NCBI RefSeq assembly: GCF_036321535.1
Contig: NC_087436.1
Coordinates: forward strand, 34,350,001 to 34,414,000
Source of the DNA: Camelus dromedarius
Lineage: Eukaryota
Direction of reading: 5' to 3'
DNA length: 64,000 bases
The notes beneath the pieces were generated by a model. That model made no database searches, was not told the DNA's origin, and saw only the letters and a list, made by a program, of their open reading frames with translations. Position 1 is the stretch's first letter, and every line of letters starts with the position of its first letter. Made by a program: the position numbers and the translations under genes. Below are positions 39,431-51,899 of this stretch, piece by piece.

Positions 39431-42400
39431 GACTCAGAAACTTTGCTCGCCACTCATTGATCCCCGCACTTTAGTTCGCCCGGACTCCCCCTAGCTCCCG
39501 GTGCTGTCACCTACTGCCCCTCCCTTACCCCAGCCCCATTGGGCCGGAGCTGAAGCAGCCCCGCCTGGCACTCCTACCGCGAGCGCTCTCCGCCTTTTTC
39601 GGCTTCGGACTGGCTTCTCGGGATGCTAATCACTCCAGTCTCCCGGAGGACTGTAGGCGGTCGGGTGTGGGAGCCCGGCGAGTAGGAGGCGCTGAGAAGG
39701 GGGGTGCTTTTTTTCTTTTTCTTTTTTTTTTCTTTTTGGTCAAATCTTGGCCGGCGTCTGAGCAATAACAGCAAAAAGCCTCCGCAGGATAGATGGGGGT
39801 GGGGTCAGGTTTGCAGATAAATAACTTTAGTGGCGGGGTCTGGGGGAAGACCGTTAGGTTGTTATGCTAGTAATAACTCAGAGGTAAGGGGGTCGAGAGA
39901 AATAAAAGAAAGGCGGGGGGTGAGGGTCTGTTAGAGCAGGAGGAAGGATTAAGCAAAGCCTGTCTGGGAATGCACAGTGCAGATTTGCTTTAACCATTTC
40001 CTGCCCCTTCTCTTTCGATCGGAGGGGAAGGAGCTGCGGTACATTACGCGACAGAATCCAAATCAAATTTCCCCATTCTTCCTCCAACTACAGAGTGAGC
40101 TAAGTGCGGTGTAGGGCGAGCTAAACCCTAAACCTGCACCCATTTGCCCCTCCCCCCCTTCCAGGTGACTCGGGGCACCAAGGCCTCGGTACTGACCGAG
40201 CTTTGGATTTCCTATAGGAAAAGCCAGGGGAACTCTGTTTTGTTTCCCTTCCCAAATGGATCCCAGGTGCCAGTAGCCAAACCTTAGAGTTTCAACAATA
40301 ACAATGGGAGCCCTTTGGAAAGATGGAGAACTTTTCCTATTGCGAAGTTTGGAATTTAGATCTCTGTTGGAGTATTTCCTCCTAGACATTTTATAGCCAA
40401 AGGAATCCTGATGAAGTTCCATTCCTTTTGATTTGTTTTGGTTTTCGCCTGGGGGAAATGATGGATATGAGAAAAATAGAAATAAACAGAATGAAATTTA
40501 AAATTTTAAAAATATCTACGTGCCACGCAAGGCACTCGGATCAACTCCCCTGTTATTTACTGTAGGTAATTTTTGTGGTATCATGTATAACTTCAAAGAA
40601 AAAAAAATGACCAGGAATCAGGTCAGTATTCTTTCTTTAAGAGAAAGTGTTTAGAAAATAAGAATTTAAGCCAAGTAATGCAAATATAAGGCATATGTCA
40701 TACATTTCAGCCACAGTGACCCCTCCAAATTTAAAACTTTTCTGAGCTCGGAGATGATTCAGCCATGGATAAATACTGCCCTCTGCTGTTCTCTGTGAAT
40801 CTTACATCTTTCGTCGTCTGGTTTCTTGCTTAAAATAAAACGCAGAGACTACAGGATCTCGTTACAAGGCTAATTCCTCTTCTTGCCTAGGGATAGTAGC
40901 AAAGAAAAAAGATCTTTAGGAATCTCCTAGTGCCTTTCTTTAAAAAAAAAAAAAAAAGCAATAGGTTAGACAGCAAATTCAAGCCCTCCGATGCAGACAG
41001 CCTGTAACCCAAAACTGATACACTGAAACCTGAACACTAAAAATCACCAATTCCTTTGTTTAAGTCAGAACATTCACTTCTGCAGTTTCCTCTACTGGAC
41101 AAAGCCATGCATTACAGTATATATAATGAGTGAATTGGAAACAGACAAGAAAGTTGAATTTCACTATTTTTGTATTTTCAGGACTTGAAAACTTGTGAAA
41201 GCATTAGAAGCTATTCTTTTCAAAGAGAGACGTTTTTAAGCCTTTTCTCAAAACTCATATATCTGTCAATAAATTACAGTCTTAATATCATTATTTTGGT
41301 GTAATTCAGCCCACAAAGATTTGTAGATTCCCTAAGGTAGAACCAGAAATGTTTACAAACCATGTCTCTAATGTGTGATTTTAAGCGAATATTAGAATTT
41401 TCCTGCTTGTTTGTTGTTGTTTACTAATGCACCACAATTTAGTTATTCAGGTAGGGAAGAGTAGAAAGAAAACATTTAGATATGTGTAGGAGGTCAAGTA
41501 CCTGTTTTTTGTTTTCTTGTTTGTTTGTAGAGCCTGTGGGATAATCTTCATATTTAATCTCAATAGTATTAAATTTGCATCATTGTAGTGGGTTTAATTT
41601 GGGGGAAATAGGTGAAAATCATTCATTTTGTGGAATGAGAAGTTTAATAACAAGATATGATAAGGTTAAAGAATACAGAAAATGTATATATACTCAGTAT
41701 GTAAAATAACTTTTTGAACAATTATGAAAGAAGACTATCAAAAGTGATTTAGACAAAGGCATGGCTATTTAAATAAATGGAAGCCTTCCATGATAACTAC
41801 ATTAAGGTAACATTTATTTATAGATAAAACGTACACATAAAATTGCAATCTGTGTACACATAGATACATAATTTAAGGTATGATATAGAGAATGATTTAA
41901 GTAAGAGACAAGGACTGAAGTTTTTATTATATTTAATTTTTCTCATTTGGATTTCAGACATTGTGGTAATATAATGCATGATAAGAAGGATGTCCCCAAC
42001 AAAAGAAAATGAAAGAAAATAGGTATACAGATATTGTATGTGTGAAACAACAAAGTTTATTTTTGATTTTCTACCAAAAGCTTAATTATTTTAAGAATAG
42101 GATTACTTAGTGAAAGCTATCTATAAACATGAAATTATATGCTTCTAGGAGAGAAGATATTCATCCATTTTAATAGACTGTAGGGGAAAAGTGTATTTTT
42201 TTATGATCAGGTATGAAAGAAACTAGAGAATACAGCTCATTTGAACTTTAGAGCATATATTAAAACAAATAGCTTCTGTAACAATGTTACTCTTATCTGC
42301 ACGCGTTTGCCACCTTTACTTCATTAAATGTCTGAACTAACTTTTCCCCCCATGTTTTAGATCCTAAGTGAAGAAGCTTAGGTTAATCACACTCTACAAT

Positions 42401-42435
42401 TCATAGAACATTAGCAACATCGTCCCAGAAAAGGA

Positions 42436-42682
42436 TTCTCCTTCCTGCTTCCTCCTTTGCTACCCTCTTCATCATTCCTCTCTTCTCCCCTTCCTCCCGT
42501 CTTCCTTCCCTCTTCCTTCTCTCCCTCTTGTTCTCTTCCTCTTCCTGCCCCTCTCTTCCTCATCCTCCTCTCCTCTTCTCCTCTTCTCCCCTCCCTGCCA
42601 ATTCCTGTCCTTTTCTTCCCTTCCCTCCACTCCCTCCTCTCCCGTCCTCTCCCATCCTTCCCCTCCATGTCCCTCACTTCAC
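42436..42682. repeat. Low-complexity polypyrimidine (CT-rich) tract within a degraded L1-like fragment
   Basis: ~245 bp that is almost all C/T on the + strand. Confidence 0.9.
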
Positions 42683-44899
42683 TCGTTCTGTACTTTGCTC
42701 ACCTCACGTTATTCAACCTTACTCTTCTCTCCTGTCCTTACCATTCTTCATGCACATTGCAGGACCCCCAGCCATAAAGATTCTAATGAGTGAAATGTGT
42801 ACATTTTGGTTCCACGTTTTTACAAACTATGTATTATTTAGTTGTCCCGTATTTTTAATTGAGATAAACAGTTTTGGGTTATACTGTCTATGTGTCTCAT
42901 TTTGGTTTTTTATCTTTTTTCACCAAGCACTATTTTTAAGGTTTATACATGTTGTTATGTGTACATCTAAATTGTTGTTTCTGACTTTTGCCTTTTACTG
43001 TAAGGGGTGTATCCATTACTCCTTAACTTGTCCAGTTTGCCTCCAACTCCCTGATATCACAGATTAGTCTGCAATGAGCAAATGGAAATGACTATTTGGG
43101 GGATATGTAGTGGGGAATGGAAGAGGCTACCATTCCATATCTGAAGTGAATCGCTGATTGCTGAAAAAGAAAGAACCATATTTGTAGGACACAGTGTTTC
43201 TGAGCCAGAATAGAACTGATCCTAGGTAGGGGGAAGCATGGAGTTCACAGATGGCAGATTTTCAGAAGTGGGAGAGTTAGGTATTGGTTAACTTTTAGCT
43301 GTGGAATTGAAATGCTAGACTGTAGTTTTTTCAGATTGGCTCATAGTAAATTGTTTCCTTGTGTGATTGAATATGTTTGAATATGAACTGGTCATTTCAA
43401 TTGGCAAGTTATTTGTAATATTCCTTGAGGCTTAAGACTGGTGTATTCCTGAAAAGAGGGGCTGATTACGCTTCCAGTAGGTACTTGTAGGTTATTACTA
43501 GTCCGCAACAACTACTGTTTCCATTGAAGCTAAGATGCCAACACTAAAAGAGCAACAGTATTTTATGAATCACTAAGTGATGCTGCCAAGTAAACCACAA
43601 AAAATGCTTTTTCATCACTTCAGATTTTTATTTAAAGGCTTTAACACTCATTTAGATTGTTTTTAAGTCATTCTTCTATATATATAAAAAGGAAAGCATA
43701 AGCAAAATAAATTGAACAAGGCACTGTTAGATCTTTTTCACACTGAAAATCCAGTTCAAAGTAGTACAGCATTTATTGAAAAAGTGCTCCGTTTTGTCTC
43801 TTTGATCTTTTTCTAACATACGAACACTGCATGTTTGATGTTTATGTACAGACAATGATAATTAAATCACAGTTGCTGCCAGGCCTTTAGCAAATATAAC
43901 ACACATCCTAACTATCCTAACTGCTAAATGTTAAAATGGGACGGAAAAAAAAAAAAAAAGATTGAACCTTAGAATAATTAAATATGATGAATTTACAATT
44001 TGAGGGTTTTTTTTTCTTTCCTATACCCCCTTAGTAATGTGATTTTTGAGAGCTACCTTGTGGCTTCAGCTTCTTAGGGATGGATTCCCCCTTCTCCACA
44101 CCTCAGTCTAATCAGTGCCAAGGCAATTACATTTTCTGATTTTGGGAAAAGGTAGGGTGACTAGATATATCTAGGTATGTGGATAACTAGTTATCTTAAC
44201 CGAGGACTTAGGATTTGGGAGCTCCAGCATTAATATGAAAAGTTTCCTATTAAACTCCATACCCTCAGAGAAGTCTAGGCTTTTTCTCTTAGCTCTCACA
44301 CTTTACCATACCTAAAACTCAAAGTTCTTATTTAGGAAGTTTGGCAAATATCCTCAGAGCAAAAGCTACTTCAGTGTTGAGTTTACCTCTCTGGGTTCTC
44401 ATCTGGACCAGATATGGTAATTCCTAACAATCAGATCACATCAGCTCTTTGATCTTTTAAGAAAATCTTTAAAAATTTAGTAATCTTAGTGGTTTTTAAA
44501 TAGTAAATAATAGCCTGGCATATTACCAAAATAGGAAGTCTACCTCTATTATTTCTTCAAGTATTTTCTGTATGTTTTTCTGCCTTCAGGAACTCTTATT
44601 TGGTACTTTTCCATAAGTCAGATCTCTTTAGCTTCTCTGACTATCTTCTGGGAAAATTCCTAAATCTGATGTTCCAGCTCACTAATTCGCTCTTCAGGTA
44701 TAGCCAATCTACCACTGCTTAATCTTTTGTTTTCTTTATATCAGCTCATATTTTTTTTCATATTGGCCAAATATTTCTACTTCTTTCATTTTTAGATGAA
44801 TTTTAATTCTTGTTTTGTATTGACAATATCTCTCTATCCATTAACCATCTCTCTGTGCTGAGGAGGGATCAAAGACCAGGACTCAGTCTGAGTTTAAAG

Positions 44900-45101
44900 A
44901 AGGGGTTGGCAAAATCCATCTATAAAAGGGCAGATAGTAAATATTTTAGGTTTTGAAATCCATTTCAACTTGCCCCTGCAATGTGATTTAGCTATAGATA
45001 ATACAGAAATTATTGGGGATGGCTGTGTTCCAATAAGACTTTATTTACAAAAACAGGAAGCAGGCCCAATATGGCCAGTTGCTGTCATTTGCTGACCAGT
45101 G
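44900..45101 (+). mobile_element. MER58A-type hAT-Charlie MITE
   Basis: AGGGGTTGGCAAA...CAGATAGTAAATATTTTAGG...GGCTGTGTTCCAATAAGACTTTATTTACAAAAACAGG...TTTGCTGACCAGTG; degenerate 8-bp TSD GTTTAAAG/TTTTAGAG. Confidence 0.88.
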
Positions 45102-47564
45102 TTTTAGAGCATAGGAGACAAGCTTTGTACTGAAAACTCTATCAGATGACCACTGTTAATCATTCTCATTTGTAATCTTTTTTTTACATATATGTATACA
45201 TAAAGTCAGTATTTTGAATACAATTCAAAGTTTCTGTCTGTTTTACATCAACTGAATTTTTTTTCCTTTTACCTTTTGACCTTCTGTAATCTTAAATTTT
45301 AAACTATGAGGTATAGTATGATTGAGAAGTGACAATCTCCCTAAATTGTAATCCACAGTCTTGGAAACTTTTAGAGAGTAAGATGGGATATTCAATGCCT
45401 AAGGGCAGTTGTTGAGAATGCACTTACTTCATGAGAACACCGATGTCTTGGCTGTTGCTGCCAATTTTGGTGGAGAAGCAGGCAATAATTGTCTCAAGGC
45501 GACATAGGGTAGAGACAAAAGCTATTTTTTTCTAGACATTTTTTCTATCTAGTCTTTATAAAATTTTTCTTGCCCTAATTATTTGATACTTAGCTTTCGC
45601 CTTTCATTATTCATATCTCCTTGTTATATTATACATGTATATAAATGTAATTATATAATATATGTGTTTACCATTTTTTTTCTGGCCAGTGTTCAATTTT
45701 CAAAGATTATGGAACCACCCATGTATGTAAATAAATCTGAAACTACATGATGGAAACTAAAGTCATATTTTTTAACATCACACTTAGGGGAGAAACAAAA
45801 TGAAGGGTTAGGTTTAAAATCCTTCATAATATAGTACATGTGAGTATGTGAGCAAACCCACTGGAATGGAAATTGCTTATACTAAATGTGAGAGTAGGTT
45901 TCTGAATATTGTGGCATTTGCCACAAACTAGTAATTACCTACCATAATTTGGAGAAACTGTTCAGTCCAACAACTGTTTGTGACAATCTACTCTTTTGTT
46001 GAAATATATAATATGTCAAGAGTTGATCACAGTTTAATCTTTATTGGGTATAGGTATCCAATTTATCTCAAACTAAAAATATTAATTTGGGTAATAGTGA
46101 CTTCGTAAACATTAAAGTGAATCTGACATTAAATTTTATGTTAGAATGTAGAGAATTAAGTATATACATTCCTCTAATATATATAAAGTGTATATATTTG
46201 TCATGTCAGAAAAGTGTTAAGTAAAATAGTGTGATATTCAGTCTAGGTTTACTAGAATTTTAACATATGAAAACGTTTGAAAATACAGAACAATTTGAAC
46301 TGTAACTTCTATCATCAACAGACGGGTGGAGAGTCCTACCAGAAGAGTTGATGCTAAGAAAACAAATAATCTTGACCCACAGCTAACATTGTATCTTATT
46401 TTCTATTTTAATTTTCTTTGAAATGCTGAAATGTAAACTACTGTAACACACCTTTATTTTGTTTTATTGCCTAATGAGCATTCCATCGCCATTACAATGA
46501 TCTTATATAAATATTGTTCTATTGGCTGAATAATATTTTGTCACATGAATAGGCCAAAAGTTATTAATCATTCCTTTAATGATGACCTTCATGATTTTTC
46601 TAGGTTATCTTGCTATTAAAATTCATGCTTTGATAACCATCACTCACTCCTCCAACAACACTTATTGTAAGGTAACTATGTGTCAGGTACTTTAAAAGCT
46701 GCAGAAGAGAGACAGTGGTGCATAAGACAGACACAGCTTCTGCCATGTTAATCAAATTGCAGATGTTTTTAAAAGAATTTACATTTTTAATGACCCTTAT
46801 TGCTTATGATTGCCAAGTTACTTTCCAGAAATGATGTACCAATTTACAATTGAAACCAAAATAGATCAGAGTTTTCCTCCCAACAAAACAAAGAAACAAA
46901 TGCATTTGAATGCAGCATGTCTTAAATCGTGTCTATTTAAGGGGGATTACAAATGTGTCCTCTTTTAACATGTATTTCTGTTTTATATTTCATATATTAG
47001 CTATTTGTTTCCTTTTAAAAAAATATTCATGTTTGCTGTCAGTTGAATCAGTTGGGGTCTCAGATACATACATGTGTATTTTTGGTTGTTGCTGCTATTG
47101 TTGTTAAATCCCTTTGTTTTCCTTTATAAACACCTACCTTTCTTTTAAATTTGCAGTTCTTTCCTTTATCTGGAGACTAAATAGGCATTCATAAAACTTT
47201 AATGCCCATTGCCTCTTTCTGCTCTTCCTTCTACTTCTTTATCCTAATTAGGTTGTATTGGTTGAAATAATGCTACTAGGGCAGGGACGATAAAGAATTT
47301 TCCTTTCTCTGACTCTAGCATGATGACTGAGGTTCAGATTGTATTCAACAAATGTCTGCCCAATTTCATCCCACATCAGGAGCCTACAATTAAAAAATAT
47401 ATATAATTTTAAAAAGCAATAATAAATGGTTAGAATACTGCAGTCTAAAACATTGTTTTCTAAAATGCAGTAAAGTGTGGTGCTCACAGATGATTCCAGG
47501 GGGCTCAGAAGAGGATATAGAAATAGTAAAAAAAAATGAGAAATTAAAAAAAAAATTTCAAAAT

Positions 47565-47755
47565 GAGGGGAGAGTACAGCTCAGTGGTAGAATGCATGCT
47601 TAACGTGAACGAGGTCCTAGATTCAATCCCCGGTACTGCTGTTAAAAAACAAATTAATATAAATACATAAATCTAAAAAAAAAAAATCAAGTTACCTGTC
47701 CCCCTCAAAAAACAAACAAAAAAAATGAAACTAACCAAACAAACATTTTAAAAAA
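47565..47755 (+). mobile_element. tRNA-derived SINE (Vic-1-like)
   Basis: GGGGAGAGTACAGCTCAGTGGTAGAATGCATGCTTAAC...GATTCAATCCCCGGTAC, then an A-rich/TTACC-CCCC tail as in the other copies. Confidence 0.85.
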
Positions 47756-48467
47756 TCAAAGCACTATAATGAGTTTTGTTGCTTGACATTCACCTTCCAT
47801 TAAAATCTTCCAGCCTGTTCATTTCTAGAGGCTTTTTTCTGACACCCTCTCGTCCATGGTTCTTCATGCAATGGTCCTCTATTTAAATGCATGCCCTTGG
47901 AATTTGTTAGGCAAACACCAGCAGAGGCCGTCTTCATTTGACTTTAGTGCTTTCTCTGCCAACCAGCACGGCCATGGACTGCATCCACACTGGTGGACGA
48001 GTGTCCCATCCACGCAAGTAGAGAAGCAACAGTTGTATCATTTGCAGCTGCTACAAATTCCTAACCCCTGGACCACAGTTCCTTTGTAGGTTGGTGAAGA
48101 AGTCACAGTGCCCATGTGGGGCATTTCTCTTTTTATCACCATTCCCCAATCATTCTGAAAGCACCCAATTCCCTAAATGTTCTTCTTGATACTTCAGGAC
48201 CATCTAATAGTTCCTGCAACTGGATGTTGATTGACAGAATCGCAGGTTATAAAAACTATTCCATTTTCATTTCTCTTTCAAGTAAAGGAGAATTTCTATG
48301 GTTGGTATCAGAATGTTTATGTTCTACTGCATGTCTTAGTTTTGAATAGAGAGTGGTCTAAGTGAATAGTCATATATGGCAAGCATAATTCATGGAAAGT
48401 TGGTTAATATGATACTGTTTGAACACAATACAGATTTTCTTTAACAAAGAAGATTAAAAGATAAAAT

Positions 48468-49114
48468 TGTTGCTGGTGGATCCAACTGATGGTCCAGGTT
48501 CTTGTCTCATCCCAGAAAGAATTCAGAGAAAAGACGTAGAGGTTAAAAAAAGGAAAGTGAGGATTTATTAAAGGATGGTTAATACACTCTCAAGGGGAGA
48601 GCGGGCAGGCTCAGGTGAGCAGCTGCCCTGTGTTTCTTTGGGGAGTTAGTTGCATAGGGTGTAAAAATGAATGGGCGGAATATTCATTGAGGAGGGAAGG
48701 CCTTGGGGTCATATTTCCTGATTATCATCCCAACTCCACCTTCCCAAAGGGAGGAGGGATTTTTGTCCTTATTTAGTCTGGATTGAAAGTGTCATGGCGT
48801 CAGTGCATGATGGATACTTCTGATCTGCAAGGCTAATTTTATTGAAATGAGAGCATAATGAGCAAAAGGTTACATTTGGACACTGGAAGTTCCTGCCTTT
48901 TCTCACCTTTCTTTGTTGGTCTCCAGGCCAAAAGGTGTGGCCCCTTATTAGCCCAAAGATTCCTGCTTTTCTTTCTCTGCCCAGGGACCCCTGGTGCTTA
49001 CATGAAGTAAGTTTTCCTGCATTTGGCCTGTGCCTCTCCTTTCTGCCCAACTCCTGCCATTTGGTCTGTGTCCCCCTTTCTCTGCTCATATCTAGCTCTC
49101 TGCCTGCTCTAACA
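48468..49114 (-). mobile_element. Intact solo ERV1-class LTR (647 bp)
   Basis: TGTT...AACA termini, 4-bp TSD AAAT on both sides (48464-48467, 49115-49118), minus-strand AATAAA at 48564-48569. Confidence 0.82.
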
Positions 49115-51355
49115 AAATGAGTCAGAAGTTGTGAACACAATGTAATTGTAGTAAAGAAAAAACTCAAAACTTGGCATATACTAGAAGACAAAGGAAAAAT
49201 AACAGAGGATCTCAGAAGTGCTTAACAATTTTGATATTTTATGGTACTCAAAGCCCTTATTAAAAGAAAGAGTGCATTATCTGTACTATTTAGTTGGAAT
49301 ATTTCAGATGTCTCTAGACTTTATAAACATATCACAACATCTTAATTCTTTGTTTATTTGAATTGCTCCTTAGTCATGTCTCTATTTCATTCTTTTCTTA
49401 ATCACTGAGTCTGTGATTAAAAATGGCAAACATGTGTTTTGAGAGAAACTAAGCTGTGATTTTGGTTGTGGCTAGTAATTTCAGAGCAGCAGAACATAAT
49501 AACGCCTTCTTTTCCACCCTTCTCATGAACTCATAACAAGTTTCAGGAAAACAGTAAACACAAAATAAACAAGCAAAGCATAGAGAAATGAACTACTTTA
49601 CAGTTCAGATCCTTTGTTTGGTTATTCCAAGGAGAGATGTCTGAAGAAACAAACAAAAGTGACGGTTTAATATTTACAAAACATTGTTAAGCCAAAATAA
49701 CACAGGCAATCACAGATAGGATATTATTGTGGTTGACTCTTAATTTTTGCTCTTAAAGGAAGATCAGCTTTAGAATCTGACACTCATCGGATCTGATCCT
49801 ACTGACTCTGCTTCCTCCTCTCCACAGGGTCAAGTGAGTTATTTCAGTGTTCAACGATTGACTTCTCCATCTGTGAAGTGAGAGAAATCAGCTCATATGG
49901 GTACCGTAAGTCGATTATCACCTGCCAGAGTAGCAGACATATCTCAATTTAATTAGAAAAAGTTCTAGATAAAAGTTAAATACTATTAATCATAGCTACA
50001 CTGGGAAAAAGTGGAAAATATGATTTCAGTTTTCATGGATGGCAAACCATTTTATTTATTTAAAAACAGCTTTGCATAGTTATATACATAGAATTTCAAC
50101 AATTATGTTAAATTTCAAAAAACCTTGAAGTAAAAAATAAAAATAATAAAAAAATCAATATATTGACATATTTATGGGTAAAGTCAAATATTATAATATG
50201 ATTGTATGAAAGAAAATACTAATAGCATATTTTGAAGTGAATTTGAATAAACTCAATGGAGTAGATTCAGACAGAATAACATATTAAAAAATTTAGTTCA
50301 AAGAAAATAATCAACTGTATAAAGTTGAAACAGAGCCTAGTTAAGTAGTCATAGTAACACAGACAAATATTTCAGAAAATCTAAGTTTTATTGGCTCCAA
50401 ATTAAAAAAAAATACATTTGAAAAAATTCTAATATCATGTTAATACTTTCAGTAAAACCAAATATGTCACTGAATATTACTGTATTGCAGTCAAAATACT
50501 ACTCCGTAGTCCCATTGCTAGTTTTTTGGGAGAATCTATAACAAATTTAAACAATATTTTATAAAAATATTTAGGTGCTTTTTTCAGGAGATTGGTAGAA
50601 GTTTACATCAATCATGTTAAGGCAATAGTCCAAACTCTCTCTGATCCCCAGTGGGTCTGTGACTTGTTTTTCTTTTTTAAAGGATTTTATTTAAGAATCA
50701 CTATGATCTGAGATAAGCATCTTTGCTTTGATAACTTGCGTTTCAGCTTTGCGTTGGAGGATGCGTTATGATTATTGCCTCTTTGTAGATGACTGCCTGT
50801 ACATGGTAAATCTGTCTGTTTTTATCCCTTTTGATGATTATGTTTATCATATAATTACACAACTCAAGACATTAAGTTGATGATATTAAGAAGGTTGAAT
50901 AAGATGATGTAAATGCCCTACTGAATCACAGCCAACTGTTTATTCCTTTAATAATTTTGCCAAAGTTTGTGATAATTTTGCTTGTTTCCAGCATTCTGCA
51001 TTATAGCAGTTTTGTGCTCGGTGAGTTATAATCCTTACAGTCTTCGAGATACTCTTAGAATTAAGCGCTTTGCCTTCTATCTGTCCTAGAGGTACATTAT
51101 GACTTTTAGATTGATCGATCAATTGATTGATTTAACAAATGATGATGGAGAGCTGTATCTTCCATGCTGGAAAAGAGAGTCAATGAGATAATGTTTGTAA
51201 AATGCTTGGTGCAAGGAAGGGCTCAAAAAATGTTAGCCATTCTTCCTATTCATGGAGCAAAATTCAACAGGAGAGCTCATTTACAGTAAATAAATAAAAT
51301 CAATCACAGGAGTTATCTTCAGCCTTTAAATTTAAAAGAATGTGATAAAATTCAG

Positions 51356-51899
51356 TGTATTAGTTACCTCTTGCTGCTTAACAATAATACGAGAGACTTA
51401 GTGGCTTTTAAAAAGCACACATTTATTTCCTCACAGTTTAGCTGAGTCCTCTGTTTCAGAGTCTCTCAAAGCAGCAATCAAGGTGCTGGCCAACTGGTGG
51501 TCTCATCTGAGGCTCAGCTGGGGAGGAATCAGCTTCCTAACTCACGGTGTTATTGGCAGAATTCAGTCCCTTGCAGTTTGCCAGACTGAGGACCTGCATT
51601 TCCTGCCTGCTCTGAACTAGAGGCCACCATCTGCTCCTGGCCACGTGCTTTTCTGCACGTGGCAGCTCACAATACTGCAGTTTGCGTCCAGCAAGAGAAA
51701 GAGAGACTCTCTTAGCAAGATACATTACAGTCTTTTGTAAGATATACACATAATCCGATACATCATGTCACCGTTGCCATATTCTGTTCATTAGAAGCAT
51801 ATTCTGTTCGTTCAATTCATTAAGTCCCACCTCCACTGGAGGGGAGGGGACCAGACAAAGCATGAAAACTGGGGGGTGTGGATGTGTCTGCCGGCCACA
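51356..51899 (-). mobile_element. MLT1-family MaLR solo LTR
   Basis: TGTATTAGTT...TGCTGC...ACTTAGTGGCTT...CATTTATT..CTCACAGTT...GTCTGCCGGCCACA, the reverse-strand MLT1 pattern. Confidence 0.8.

Larger units (their letters stand above)
38400..39780. promoter_or_regulatory. CpG island / TATA-less FAT4 promoter and exon 1, with GC box
   Basis: Dense CpG and high GC against a CpG-depleted background; GGGGCGGGG at 39084-39092; scattered CpGs continue to ~40200. Confidence 0.88.

Noticed and set aside
38369..39774. ORFs of 66-185 aa across the CpG island, including HTHTHT/CVCVCV peptides
   Set aside because: They arise from stop-codon scarcity in GC-rich DNA and microsatellite translation; most start at non-ATG codons
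42411..43067. ORFs up to 179 aa
   Set aside because: Translation of a low-complexity CT tract and decayed L1 sequence
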